Source: Sphagnum compactum (Eukaryota). From it: a stretch of 64,000 bases of DNA. A program made the translations under genes and the position numbers. This document shows positions 1 through 14,400 of this stretch, piece by piece. Location of the stretch: assembly GCA_965153455.1 (NCBI GenBank), contig OZ234493.1, positions 29,440,213-29,504,212 of the forward strand, in the 5' to 3' direction. The notes below the pieces were generated by a model, which did no database searches, had not been told where the DNA came from, and saw only the letters and a list, made by a program, of their open reading frames with translations. The first letter of the stretch is position 1; each line of letters begins with the position of its first letter.

Positions 1-1369
1 TTTTACTCTTGTAAGAATACTATGTTGGTGCATACAAGGTTAAATGACTTCCAATAATGTCAATTGATAAATGCTCATGACCGTAATGCACATCTAGATG
101 AGGCAATGCCTACTACACCTCGTTGAGATGGGCAAGGACCTCCTATCGGGCTTTCGGGCAAGATGGCATTATTTTGGCAAGATGGTATTACTTTGGTTTT
201 GGATTAGTTGAATCATAATTTTGTGTGTCTTTTTGTGTTGTTTTGTGTGGACATGTTGTGATGTTAGTTTTTGGAGAAAGAGTCTTGCTATAGGATTCCC
301 AAGTTTGACATCTACTCGACTGGGAATCATGGGTGCTTGGAGGAGATGTCAATTGCCCAACTTCGTGAGGCACTTTGCCAAGCCAAGGAATGGAGTAAAC
401 AAGAAGAAGAGAGAAAGCGCCAAGATGTTCGAGCTATGCAAGAAAAGGTTAGTGATTCTAAATTTGCCTCCCCCAACCCGTCCAATCATGATGGAGATGA
501 AAGACCCCAAACCCTAAACCTTAAGAATGAGAGAAACCCAAGAAAGGGATTGGGTCTTAATGTGCATTTAGAGTTGAGGTGATTGTAGATGATTGTTCTA
601 TGACCGAACCAATGTCGAAAAACAAACAATGCATGGGCAAATATACTTTATCTTTGTATCTTCTTAAACATGGGTACGACAATGTGTTGTATCTTTGTGA
701 ATGCAGAGACAAAAGTTGTTGATTGACACATCAAGGGTAGTGACACGGATGCGCCAAATATCACGTGCCCAATATTTGAGCAAAAAGATGCACGAGAAGG
801 ATAAGGAAGTAAAATTAGACATGCAATATTTACATGAAGACATGCAACATCATAGATATGCACAACAGGCACATACCTGATGGTTCTTTTGTGAAAGGAG
901 CAAATCGATGTTACACGACATTTTTTTGCAACTTGCCTCAGCACATTGCAAGGTCAAAACATCAATGTATTGTTTGAGAGCCTGAGAATATTAAGGGTGA
1001 AGTTACAACCTCTCTTTCATACCATGGAAAGCAATAGGAAATGAAGTTTATAGGACTTGCCAAACATACAACAAACAGACCAACACTATTTAGAAGGTGG
1101 GTATGTATGTGTGTGCAAAATAAATGGCTTTTTTGTCTAATAAGTATGGCAAAATTAATTTCACCCATGTTTTGTAGAGTGTCAAAGCTCTGGAGTATCC
1201 ACTGTGCACTATGTGCACGCCTCTATTGATATCTACCATATCCAAAATAGTGTGTATTTGTTGGAAATAGTTGAGAATATGGAGAGCAAATGGTAAAGCT
1301 TTCAGGTTCAAATTTCATATTTTCCTTTTTTCTATTTTTATGAATGATTTGGAATTGAAGTTATTGCAA

Positions 1370-1612
1370 ATGGATTGGAAGTCTACCTCCTATTCATGGA
1401 AATTCAAAGAAATCTTAGGATGAAATAAAGTTCAACCAAGAAATGTAATTTATAATTTATTTCATCTATGGTGTAGTTCATTCACAATTTTTATTTTTGC
1501 ACTAGAAGTTCAAATCCCATGGATGTTCACATCCATGAAATATCATGAATTTGCAATGGATGAAGTTGTGTTGATGAAATTTTATGGACAAAATTTCATG
1601 GATGAAAAACTA
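1370..1612. repeat. Dispersed repeat (probable non-autonomous TE fragment), second copy at ~31350-31570
   Basis: The stretch 'gaaatcttaggatgaaataaagttcaaccaagaaatgt...ggatgaagt.gtgttgatgaaatt.tatggacaaaa' recurs almost verbatim near 31379-31550. Confidence 0.8.
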
Positions 1613-3430
1613 TTTTGAAAATTTCCAAAATTTAAAAAAAAAAACCCTCCAATTTGAGGCTTTTGGAAATTATGAAAATAAAATAACCATCGGTTGGTTG
1701 GTTCAAGGCTTTTGAAAGTTTTTTAGCAAACTAGTGAATTTTAGCTATGGGTCAAAACCAATTCTTTGAAGTTTTTTTTGGGTAGAACTACACATCAAGG
1801 GTCCACACACACCCAACCATTACCTACCAGGTCTGTTTGTGATAAAGGGAAACTACCAATCAATCAAGGCTCCATATATACCTGGCCTATACCTGGCAGT
1901 TTTTTCTTCGACAAAGAGGAAACTGCCCGGTCCACGGTTGGTTCTCATCTGGTTGAGAGAAAGAGAGAGATGTGAAACATACTTCATACAAATCCTTTGA
2001 AATTGTGCCACATAAAGCATTGATTGTGAGCCGGTATTTAGTGCATAAAACACTCCTGCAACATCTTGTTACATGCTTCCCAAATCTGTAACAATTCATA
2101 ACAAAAAACACATTAGTCATGTAAGTAGGTCCATCCTAAGTAAACAAAGCACACCAAACCATCCAACTTTGTTCTTGTGAAAAACAATTTAAAATTTCAC
2201 AAGATCCAAAAAAGAAACAAGATAATCTAACAACTATTTTCACAGACTCTTTTTTTTTTGCTCTCCAAATTTTAAAAAAAAAGGTTCTTTAAAAATATAT
2301 TTTAGAGTAAACAAGAAGATTACTATAATAATGAGCATGCAGTTTTGTTAAGGACTGCAAAATATTAGTTGCTTGCTATATAACACATAGGGAATTGAAG
2401 GTAGCACTATTATTGTGTGTGACATGATTTTCTCATTATCATTATTACTAAGACAATTGTTATTTTTAGACCCATGGAGGATGATCATTTGAAGATTTTG
2501 ATCAAATCTTTTGCCCAATCCGCACCAGATTCCTCAAATTTTGCCTCTTATAACAATCAGTGCCAACACCCATTACTCCCAAAAAAGTCCTTTTTTCAAA
2601 TGCAATAAATGGATATGTGGAGAAAATTATGACAACAAATAGGGGTTGGAAAAAAATTGAAAGCATAAGAGCAACACAAAGAGTCAAACTCTTGAGAATT
2701 TGCATATACAAAAGTTGCCAATGCGTCTTCCACATTGTCCTTGCTGAAGACTTGATTGATTGCATCGATTTTGCAAAAAATAGAATGATGTGTACGTCAA
2801 CCTATTTCGTCATTTGCTTGAGATGGGGAAAAATACTTGCTCAACCCATTTGATTATGAATGTAATGTCCCCCAGACGTTTTGGGTTTAGGGTTTAAACC
2901 CTAAACCTTAAAGCACCCAACAAAGCTTTTTGTTATCATCTATCTAAATGGAAAAATTGTGCACTTGTGGAGAATGTTTTTTTCTCTAAAATTAGTTGTT
3001 GGGCTATTGAACTCATTCAGAATGTTTTTTATTGCAATTAAGTCTCATGTCGTCACTTCATATAGTTGTTTCTCAAGCTCGGGTAGCCTCTGCCATCCCA
3101 TTCCTCATTTCCAAGAAAAAGTAGTAGACCCATTTGCAAGGTTTGTACCAATGTTGGGTGGGTATCAACTTTCAAACATACCAAGTGGAATTGGTATTGG
3201 ATCTTTTAAAAACCCTTGTTACCAGCCTAATCTCGATATTAAAATCTAGACAAGGCTGACTTTTAGCTAGTATGTGGCAGATATAGACCTGATATTGAGA
3301 TCCATATAACACTGGTATAAAATTGGTATTACCTCAAATCACAATTAGGCAGGTATTAGTATGAGTTTGACATTGCTTCAAGTCATACCAATCCAATCAG
3401 TTTTTTCATACCATGAACAATACCCTCCAA

Positions 3431-3990
3431 GGTGAAAACACACGACAGGGGGGTCAAAAATGTTGTCACATTATGCTCTTTTCCAAAGGTGTGCATGTTT
3501 GAATTTCAACCATGGTAATATTAGAGCATATTTTTAAAATTTTTTGCATAATATGGTAGATTATAACACAAAGAATTCAATCACAAAGAAATTCCTTTTT
3601 TCAACTTATACTGTGAGGTTCCAAAGTATATTTGTGACAAAAAAAATGTACGTCATTATGTATTAAAAACTGTAAATATATTCAAAAAATGATTCAAATG
3701 ATTTATAATTTTTATGACATTTGTAGTTTTTATTAAACATTGTAATTCTATATGATTGGAATAAGTTTATGAGCTATGTGAAGAGTTTGACAATTATCAT
3801 ATCATAAATGGGTGTTTTTTGGGGGTTATGACTATAAGTATGTGGTAAATTAACATTTTGACAAACTCTCACTTTCAAATGGAAGATGATAAATGAAACC
3901 CAAAATTAAATGCAATACGTTTTGTAAAATATACTTTACATAAATGTCGTGAAAGTGCCCAAAGTGGCCCCCCCATAGTGTGTTTTCACC
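3431..3990. mobile_element. MITE-like element with terminal inverted repeats
   Basis: ggtgaaaacacac...gggggg at 3431-3453 is inverted by ccccccc...gtgtgttttcacc at 3968-3990. The interior is AT-rich and non-coding. TSD not resolved. Confidence 0.65.
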
Positions 3991-4125
3991 CTCTAGTCTA
4001 TATACCAAGCAAGAAACCCTGGTAACTACCCAACACTAATTTATACCAAAATGGACTATCATGTACATGTGCAAGAAATTTGTAATTTGATTACACTCGA
4101 GCAAGCATCGGAAATGAATATAAAC

Positions 4126-4211
4126 CTGAAGAGGAACAAAATGTGTTGCAAGCCCACAAGCAAACATTTCTACTCCATCTAAGCAGCTCCCAATTAGTGC
4201 AAGGTACTCCC
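4126..4211 (-). pseudogene. Orphan exon of a 3-hydroxyisobutyryl-CoA hydrolase (CHY1/HIBCH-like, enoyl-CoA hydratase family)
   Basis: Translates GEYLALIGSCLDGVEMFACGLATHFVPLQ, matching the family motif GEYxGLTGARLDGAEMLACGLATHFVP. Bounded by tttgcAG and GTttat on the minus strand. No other exons of this gene were recognised. Confidence 0.75.
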
Positions 4212-7200
4212 CTGCAAATTTCCAAACTCCATCAAAAGGGCAAGCATAATAGACTGAGATTTCAGTGGGGTTATAATCAAGCAAGCAAACAACATTCAAA
4301 TATATCCAAAAATCCAATCAATACAAATGGCAGTACTAGAAAGAAAAAAAAAGTAAAAATAAACATGCCCACAAACAAATAAACGATTCTATTGTTGAAT
4401 TTAGCTGCAATTGCCGGAAGAAAAAGGAAGCGAAAATAAAGATGACACAATTTAATGCATTTGATCATTTAATGAACAATGTTAGAAGAAGAAAGGAAGC
4501 AGATAAGAGATGCTCATGAAAATTGCATTCATTGGGTTTTGATGGGAAGGGAAGGACAATTATCAAGATGACCAAGGAGGCGTGACAACCAAAAAAAAAG
4601 GAACCATAATTGGTGTGAAGACCTAGGGCTGCTTCTAGCAATTAGTAGTTTCATTGTCAAAAATCCCTGACTAAAAAATAGTACATTGAGTACTAAGAGC
4701 CTAGAAGATCACTAGAAACTTGAAGAGATAACAAAACTTCAAAAGCAAAATAGGAATCATAGATGAATGCAACCTTTTCTAGTGAATTTCAAAATTATGA
4801 ATTTCAAGCACCATACTAGCACAAGAAGGAATCATGTGTGAGTCAAAATTATATGAGCCATCAAATAAAAAACAAGGAGCTATAGGGCTACAGGGGTTAA
4901 GTTCTCCAGTTCAGGATCGGCCTTTCTTTTCTGCTGGCGAACTGGTGCAAAATTGCACTCAAAAATAGTTTTTAAGAGATGATTCGTTTGTAGATTTCAT
5001 ACAGGACTCCAAAATGGCTCATTTCCAAGTCCTGGTAAACCACTTAGAATCATCTCTAACACTTCACCACCTTCCTGAATGTGAACGGCACATAACAGGG
5101 ACCTGCATTCTTTCTGGTACAGTTCATCAGATCAGATGCATCTGATGTAATACACTCATGTTTGCCAGCGAGTGATTGTCTGAAACTAAAATATTAGTTA
5201 ACATTTGTCAGAGAAAGGAGGTCAGTTGCAAAGGCTACAGAGCAAGCATTGCCCATCCCTGGGACCTGACACTTGACCACCAATTTTCATTAAAGTCCAT
5301 TGTACAGAACTGGGGCCTCCATTTGCCACATCCTCGCTGGTACATAGTGAGAATTTTCCCTGTTGAGGGCTTACTTTAGGGGTTCTAGCAAGTACCCTGA
5401 AAATGAACACCAGAGCTTTTGAAGTTCTGTCTACACAGTACTCACTCATGGAGTGTACATTGGTGTACAGAGATTTCTGTGTACATCAAAGATTTATGAA
5501 TTTGGTCTTAATTTTATTGTATGGGTTCATTTTTTTCCTTTTGTAATTGGATGTGGAACACATCTTCATAACCGGGCAGGAAGTAGAATTTTTTTCTTGC
5601 AATTACCCCATTAAATTGATGCTTCGTGAATATATTAAGATAATGGTTTGCATTTAGTGTGTGAAAGGGGCATCTCAAATCATATTGTTTTCTATACTCA
5701 AAGGCTATAGGCTTTGTAATGGGTCTGAAATAGTGTGCACCTTAATGTTGGGGTCCATTGCAGAAAGGGCTTGTGAAGATGTGTCTCAAATTAGTGTAGC
5801 CCGTAATATAGGGATGTATTGTAGAAAATGGAAGACCAATATCCTGCCAACATTAGTTGGAATCACGGCTTGTGGGACATCTATTCTTAGTTCTATTACA
5901 TTAGGTGTGAAGGGCATCTCAAATTCCTTTTAAAAAAATCTGAAACTTTGAAGTTTGAACAGCCTGGTTTCTTGGGTGTGTTGTGCATCAGCTCATTAGC
6001 AGACCAAAATTTCTTTCTCTAACAGCATTGGTAATTTTTACCTACACTTAGTGCTACGACCTCTTTGAATGGCTTGAGTATTGACCAACTCCTATACAAC
6101 TTCAAACCTTAAGTTGGCCATTTGTTCAGTGAGATGTACGTCTACCATAAAAATCTTTTCAAACTAGGAAATATCTTATGATGTGTTTTAACATTCTAAG
6201 TGCATGTTCTAATTCATTAGCTTGCATTTTCACCTTTCAAGCCTACCCTCCCTACATATCTAACCCTTACACTAAATTAAGGTCTCTAATTGCACATTTC
6301 CCATGCGTCTAAGAACAGCTCCATGGTGGGGGCCATTTGGGTGTTTAGCAAGGTTTATACATCCAACACTGTTTATTAATTGTTTCCCAAATTCCATTCC
6401 CAAGTTGTAAACACAAAAGTTTAACATCATAAGGTGAAACACTATATAAATGCCCCAACCAACCATTATAGCTAGCAAATCAAAAGCATGGGAAGCACCA
6501 AACAGGTGCAACAATACAATAAACTAAACGACGCATTAAGCTTGATGCAATTAGAGGATAGTGTATTAGTGCTTACCAGGAAAATCATTTTCAATTGTTT
6601 TTTTATTGTACCCAAACTATGATTAATGTTTTAATTATTTTTCGTATGTGCAATATTTTCAAAGGAAAAAAGTGAAAATAAAAATGGGTGGTTTCATGAA
6701 GTGCTTGGGCCCAAAACTTGATCACCTAGGAGGAAGGGACTGGAAATATTCAAACAAGTTGCCCTAGCAAGAAAGACACTTGGAAATCCCAACCAAGTTG
6801 CCCCAAGGATAAGCAGTGGATGTTGAGCTGCTACACCAGACCCCATGTTATCAGCTACAGGTATTCATACATTGCCACTTTTGCAGAATTTTAATTTTCG
6901 AATCTCTTGTGTATGATCCCGGTTTTGGTGGGTGGTCTCTGTTTGTGTGGGTCAATTTTTTTCATTGGTGAAATTTCATCACATTTTGACCTGGAGAATA
7001 CGATTTTGATGTGGTGTCGTGTTTTTTCGTGGAGAATATGTCATAAATCCATCAAGTTTGAAGAATTTTTTTCCAATACACCTAAATTTTATGAAGTAGC
7101 CGAGAATATAGAACCCAGCCAGATCCTTTTGCTGCGAATTATATTCTTAATATCTTGACTCCTTCTAGCAAAAGTACGAATCCAACTGCGTCACTTTTCG

Positions 7201-9839
7201 CCACTTGCAGCTTCACGTGCCCGCTCCAGAACGGGGGGCCCTCATTTTCTTTAGACCATCGCATCTTTTTGCTTCAACCACACAATTCACCACATAAACT
7301 ACAACTGGAATAAACAAGTTCTGTCCATTCCCTCTGAGAACACACTTACCTCGTAGTTGATCGCCCATTTGATTCATCTGCACCTGGTACGGAACTAGTG
7401 GGAGTTGCATCTTTATTCTATGTAGCCACTCCGCTACAGTTCACCGATAGGGAAGTGATGTAGTATTCTTTGCCTGGGATTCACTCTACACGTCTACAAT
7501 ATAATTGTTGACTCTTTGTATAAAGAAAGAATCTGGTTTCGCACAAATCTCCAAGTGGGCTCTCATTTCTTTGCCACCAAACCGTGTGCACCACCGGACA
7601 CCAGGGAACACTTAGATGGCACGTCGCTCATTTGATACTGTGCATGGTACAGAGTTGTAGGACCCAAAACTCTATGCTCCAGCTATTCAACCAAGTCTCC
7701 ATTCAGCATCTGTGGGAATACAGAGGTTTGAAAAACCTGGTTTTGCGTGTCCGTGTTGAATTTTTTTACCTACAGAGCTGATGGGTTCTTATTTTTGGAA
7801 TTCGTTCTGATCCATGTTTACATGTATTAGAATTAAAGAGGAAATCAATTTAGATTTTATTGAAATTTCTTTGTTTTTTATTTGGGTACATGATTTGCCA
7901 TGAATTGTGGTGAATTTTTCAAGTTTTTATATAGTTTTGAAACACAATTTGAGGGGGGGGGGGTAAGAAACCAAGTTTTGCTACTTTTGTCAAACAGACA
8001 TGGAAAAGAAAACATTAGTTTGAGTTTTTTGAAATGTAGGTCTTGGAAACATACTCTAAGAACAACTTGGCAATGGATGCCATTTGGGCCTTTAACAATG
8101 TTTATCACATCTAACATTGTGTATTGGTAACAATAAATGTAACATGTTGGTAATTTTTGGTTTGTATTGAAATCAAATTTACAAATAAATCATTATCAAA
8201 TTTCGTTATAATTAGAATCAGAAATTTTATTTATCAATATTTTTAAATAAGTAATATTTCGGTTATTTAATTTAATACTTACTTAAATAAATAAAAATAA
8301 AAATAATATAACTTTACATTAATCATTTTTATTAATTAAATCACCTATGAAAACATAAAAACATTAAATTTCAATGTTTTGTAATATTTTAGTGTCCACA
8401 CTTTTTAATCAAAATTTAAAAATACTCACATCAACATTGAAAATGATATATCCATCATAACATTTTATGAAAGTTGACAGTTTACATTATTTTTATCAAT
8501 GTCATGTTTATGAAATTAACTAGATTTAATAAACTCATTCTAATCATCAAATTCATTAATATTTAGTGGGAAATGGCATTTGATAATCTTTTAATATCAC
8601 CTTCACACGAGACTTGGTTTTCAAAATCTAAATATTGAAGCTTTCGAATCATTGCTTTTGATTTTGGATTTGTGGTAAAAAAAATTTGATCCTCATTTGT
8701 TCATTATTGATGTTCATTGCTTGCATCTTCACAAAGCAAATATGGATGATTTTGCAAAAATCTCTTTTCTATACCTAAATCTTAGAATATATAGATTCTA
8801 GAATTTAAGCTTTTAAGTGTTTAGGGGTGCATTCTCTTTCTTAGGAACCAAATTTTAGTAATGGTTATTTAAGATTATAGGTTTTATGGCTTCAAAATTA
8901 TCTCATTGATATAATTTTGTAAAAATTTTACATAGGTTCTTTCATTATGTATTATGTTGTTAAAATCCAAAATAAAAGATGATGAAAACAAAAATATGGG
9001 ATGCAAAAGCATGCCATTTGCTGTATGAAACCAACACTTTTGTTGTTTAAAGAACTTTTAAAAGGCCTTGAATTTATTTGAAAACGACACTTATGAGAAT
9101 TTCTTTTTATACACCTTTACATAAAAGAATAATACAACATCCTTTTGGGTCATAAAATTTTTTAAAATATTTTTGGTGACTTGTAAATCATGCTTTTAAA
9201 ACTATTATCCCCATATGACCAATAATGTTATGCCACATCAACTTGACAAGCTAATCCATTCTTTATGATGATTTTATCTTTTGGGTGTTTTTGGCTCCTC
9301 ATAACATGAATGCACCTTGAGTCCTTACTTTTTAATTGTCATTTGTTATAATATCATGTATCCTCTCAATTGTTGAATCTTTGTGTTCATTCCTTAGATT
9401 TTATTCTAACAAATATGGAGTCTTGACTTTGGGTATTTTTATTTTTTGAAGGCTTGACCTTTCTATACCTACTTCCTTACAATTTCAAAAATTAGAATGC
9501 AAGTTCTTTTAAGTATTGACATCAGTTTTTTTTTGGTTTATTTGATAATCATTTGTTATTATTTGAAAGACTTGCTTCTATCATTTAAAGGCTCAACTTC
9601 CATAATATGACTTGATGACTTATCCATATTTTATTGAAATATACATCCATTATGGCCCCCTTGCAAATTCCCAATAATTTCAAGTTTAAAGCCAATTTAC
9701 ATTCTTTCTTCATTGCTTCAAGATGAAGCTAATCCATCTTCTTCATCACAATGCACTTTTATTTCTCCTATTGGGATTTCACCAACAATAATGTTTGATG
9801 AAGCTTGTGAACACATGTCTAGAGGTTAAATCCACATAG

Positions 9840-10320
9840 AAAATGAAATTACAAGAAAGGTTTTAAAAAATTTAGGATGTTTGAACATCTCACTCACCAT
9901 GGGTTAAATTTGATAAGAAAAGTGCAATGCATCAAATGAAATGTAAACTTTGCATGTCTATTGAAGGAAAAAAGAAGCTTTGGCTCAAAGTTAAACAACT
10001 TGTTGAAATTGTTGGATGTCAAAAATGTTTAGTGTCCATGCATGATGTCCATGCCATTTCATATTATTTCAACAAGGACTCGGTGCATTTTAAGAACTAA
10101 CATGTTTACACTACTTGTTTTGCCCTAGGTTCTATCTTCGAGCAATTTTATATTGATGTCCCTTTTGATAAAAAAACAACAATACGTGTAGTTTATTATA
10201 AATTTTCCCATTTTCACCCATAAATAACCTATGATTAATTATGAAGCTTTTCAAGCCTTGTTCCAAATGCTTAAAGTAAAAAATGTGTTTAGAAAACATT
10301 GGTTGAATGGTTCACACTTG
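9840..10320 (+). mobile_element. Highly degraded hAT-type (ZNF862-like) transposase N-terminal remnant
   Basis: Reading through frameshifts gives QMKCKLCMSIEGKKK..KLNNLLK..GCQKC...YYFNKDSVHFKN and later FQMLKVKNVFRKHW. Many stops. Family assignment is from recalled resemblance. Confidence 0.4.
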
Positions 10321-12929
10321 TCTTTACCACATTTGATAATAATTTTGCTATGATGGTTAGATTTTTACTTAACTTTATGGTTAAACAAAGTTAAATTAAA
10401 AAAGATTTAAAAAAAGTCTTTATGTCATTCAAAAGTCCCTAATTTAGTCATTTTCGGTTAGATTTTTTCTTTTTTTGGGCAATATGTGTTAAAAAGTTGT
10501 CTAAATGGGTGAATCTTTCAAGTGATCAAATTTGTCCAATTTCTATTACGTAGTTTACATTTAATCAACTTTAACATTAAAAAATAGACTAATATGGAAT
10601 GTTTTATCTACCAAAGGTGATTCACTTTAACTTGCAATTATTTGTAGTTCTATGTTTGATTCTTTCCATCCATATGCAAGAATGAAATGTGATTTTTTGA
10701 TGAATGCAAGAATTTGAATCATTGTATCTAAATGACTTGTTACTTTTTAATTGATACCTTCCATTCATGCATTCAAATTAAAATTTGTGTTTTTTACTTG
10801 AAAGTAAGAATTTGAATTAGTGTATCTAAGTGAGGTAATGTTACAATTAATTCCTTCCATCCATATACAACTTGGAAGTTTGAAATGTGTTTTGTCATTG
10901 TAACAAAAAATTGGATGTCTTGTATCTAAATGAAGTAATATATTCAAAGTCTCAACTTGTAAGTTGTGACTCTAAGTACTGAGACTAATTAAAGTTGAAG
11001 CTTGCACATTTGCTTCTATTAACAACTAATCGATGTTCTAGGTAGTCAAATCTACTTTCTTTGCAAGCACCTTGTAGCCAAATGCACTCCCCTACCAACA
11101 CATATGTCGTCAATAATTTTGATCATGCTTATTATGGTTGTAGCCAATTTATAAACATTTGCAAATGACAACTTGCCAACATAACCACTACAAGTTGATA
11201 GTTGCAACTTTTGATGCAAAGTTACATTTAATTTTAATGCAAGTTGGTAGTTGGATATCTTGGCAACTTCAATTTCTAAATTTCAATTTTCCCATGTTAG
11301 CTAGCATCTATGTAAATGAGTGTATTAGATATAAAGTTTTAAGAGGTCATGGATATTTCAGTAAACATACATAAGGTTAAAGTTGCAATGTAATTTTGCA
11401 TCAAAATCAGCTAAAACAAAAAGGGGAAAAGAGAGAAAAAACCAACACCAAAATTCTGATGTAGAATGATGGTTTTGGGCACCCAAATCTTCAAGAAAAA
11501 TCCCAAAATAGTATTGAAACCACAATATTGGAACATTGAAATTTTGAGAAGAAAAAGTTTGGCATTGAAATATTATCAAGAAGAAAGATGGAGTAATTTT
11601 TTTTTCAAATAGAAGTTTAAAAAAATGAAAATATGAGAACAAAAAGAAATTAAGTAACAAATTGTAAAACCCAAAAAAACTTGGGGAGCAAAACAAACAA
11701 CTTGTCGCATAATGATTTTGCCCATTTACCCAAGGGAGAGGTCCAAACTAGAACTTCCATTTGAATGGATTTAAAACTTCTTATATGCATGCACGCATGC
11801 ACTTCTATGGGACACCTATAAAACCCATGCTATCATATGCATAGTTGTCACCCACACATTGGTTCAAGATTGAGCCAAAATCTTATCCCCAATCTGGCAC
11901 TGATGTGTAGTCTCTTCCTCATGGGCAAACCCAATAAATGGAAAGACCAACCTCCTGCATGAACCAATATACAAGTACCTAATACCCAATGCACCACTCT
12001 TGATTCCAAACCCACCCTCTTCCATGTTCATGCTATCTTAGTACTTGCCCCATGCCATGGCATATCCTCTTTTCATTATACCTTTCCCCAATGTATGTGG
12101 CTTGCACAAACTGATTCCTTTTATGATAGTAAAAATCAAGTTGTTTTCATTTGAAGCCAAGAGAGTGATTGAATTCCATGAATATACCACATAGATGTTA
12201 CATCTTTTTGCACCTCATACAGATGCCACAATTATGCTATGTTTATGGATCCACAAGCATTGCAAGAATTTCTAACATGATGTACACCCCCATGTCAGGA
12301 GTGCTTTCTTACTACTGGGTGGCAAATGTGGAAGGCCACAATGTGCTTGATTGCAGTACTTTTTGAGTGGATTTTGGTATGAATGCTGCAAAAGAGCAAA
12401 TGAAGTGGATTTGTCTTGTGGTGTGTTTGAAAGTAAAGGACAACTTGAGGCTAGTTGTGTGATATGGTAGAGGAGGGAGGGAGAAAGGGGTCAGAGCGTC
12501 ATCAACTCCATACATATGTATCTAGATAGCATGAGATTGGGCCAGACACCTTAAATGACCATGCCAATGCTTTCAAGAGGGTATAATCAACTCTTACAAA
12601 TGAGCATTTGTGTTGCTTGCATTTTTTAGACCTAAACCCTAAACCTGCGTTGTTGTTGGCCCAAGTGTGAACATGTTACTCAACTAAAATTTCCTTCCAA
12701 AACTATTTTTTGAATTTGATTGAATTTTCCAATGACAAAAAACTATTCAAAAATTCAATATCTCCCACACCTTAGGTCTAAAAATTTCCTAATTGCCTTC
12801 ATTAAATCCTACTCATCAAGAGGTTTCAAAGATAGATGGCATTCCCAAGGGTTCAATTTGTGTTTTAGCCATGCTATTCACTAATCTCCGAGCATAATGT
12901 TCCCTAATTCTGCATACATGGACCATCAC

Positions 12930-14400
12930 CAGTGTTGTTAGGTACCGTTTAAACGTTTAAATGAAAAAACGTTTTTTTGTTGTTTAAACGGTGTTTAAAC
13001 GTTCTCCTTCGGTACCAAAAAAACGACCATATAAAAAAACGGTGCAGTGCCAGTTGCACTGCGGAGTGCGGTTCGTCGGCGTCGCCCCAAACGTCGTCGT
13101 GCATATAAAAAAACGGTGGAGTGCCCTATTGCAGTGCCAGTTGCACTCAGCACTATGGTTCGTCGCGCCAAACGACACGTCGCTCGTTTGTGTCATTTGT
13201 TGATGAGTGTGAACACCGGCAAGCATGGAACCGAGCGCAAGCCTTGCAATGCGTGTCAGCACTTTATCCAAACTGATCGCATGGCCAACAAGACGCAACG
13301 TTTCGTTCGCTGCGTCCATTGCACTGACGCGTTTGAGAAGGGTGTTCCTGGTGCTCGTGAGGCCATCGATGTGTGAGGGGTAAAGAACGCCATGGAGTCA
13401 CATTTGCGTCAGTGCAAGTTTTACGAAATGCAGGACATGCAGATGTCTGATCCGGAGCCCAGCACCTCTCAAGCTCAACATCTCGGGGCTGGGCCGCCGA
13501 CTTCCTCGCGGACGTCGACCAACCACAACAGCTCCAAGCGAGCACGCCAGCAGCCAATCCTCAAATATTGTCCGGCTCCTATTCTGAATGAGGAGAAGAT
13601 CAAATTCCATAGCCTCTTGCTGGAGTTCCAGGCCGAAGCCAACCTTCCCGAGTCATTTGTCAGCCGGTAGAGCTTTCGGCGCCTCATCAAGTTTTGCAAT
13701 GCGGAAGCCGCAAAAGCGCTACCTACCCGCCAACTTCTGGGAGGCCCAATCTTGAACAAGTACGCGGACATGGTGATCATGCAACGTTGAAGGTGGCGGC
13801 ACCACCTAGTTCGGGAAAACGTGTCAACTTCTTGTTTGACGCTTGGGAAAATATCACAAAAACCCACATTCTCAGTGTCATTTTGTCATTGGTGGGCCTC
13901 TGCGTCACGTTCGGCACATTCACTTGTGGAAGTCGACATGACGGCCTGGCCATCGCCGAGCATCTTGAGAGCATCCTGCTATCGATGATTGCCCAAGGTT
14001 GGGATGTTGGCGTCGTCGTCACTGACAACGCCGGCAATTGTGCCCGAGCTCGACGCATCCTGGCATTGCACTGGCCCAAGATCGTGTTCCTGTTCTGTTA
14101 TGCACACCAAATCAATCTGTTGGTCAAGGACGTCATCGCCACCGGCTGGCAAATTACGGTCTGGCGCACACCATTATCTCGACATTGAACAAGTCGACAG
14201 CGAAGTGGCTGCCTCGTTTGCACGACGTTATGAAGGCGACGAACGGGTACACTTTGGCTCTTGTCCAAATGGCCGACACGCGATGGAACTCAGTTCAAGG
14301 GATGTTAGCGTCGTTGCTGCGGGTGAGATCGGCCTGCTAGATGTTCATCCTGCGCTAGAGCTCACACGCCGAAGGGCAAGAAGTTGACGCGTTTTCCGAA
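12930..14400 (+). mobile_element. hAT-superfamily DNA transposon, transposase pseudogene (BED-like zinc finger + DUF659), 3'-truncated
   Basis: Starts CAGTGTT, a hAT-like terminus, followed by subterminal repeats. Peptides: VRCVHC...MESHLRQC (BED-like), FLFDAWENITKTHIL, VVTDNAGNCARARRILALHWPKIVFLFCYAHQINLLVKDV, DTRWNSVQGM. In-frame stops (TGA ~13374, TAG ~13668) and frameshifts. GC is clearly higher than in the flanks. Confidence 0.85.

Noticed and set aside
188-1311. ORF 271-582 and nearby short ORFs
   Set aside because: No recognisable family motif. They are possibly the tail of a degenerate TE or a gene starting outside the window, and cannot be called.
2880-2912. Head-to-head telomere-like motifs (gggtttagggtttaaaccctaaacc)
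   Set aside because: Only two or three units. Such motifs are scattered throughout the window (e.g. 50265-50290, 52430-52570) and do not indicate a chromosome fusion.
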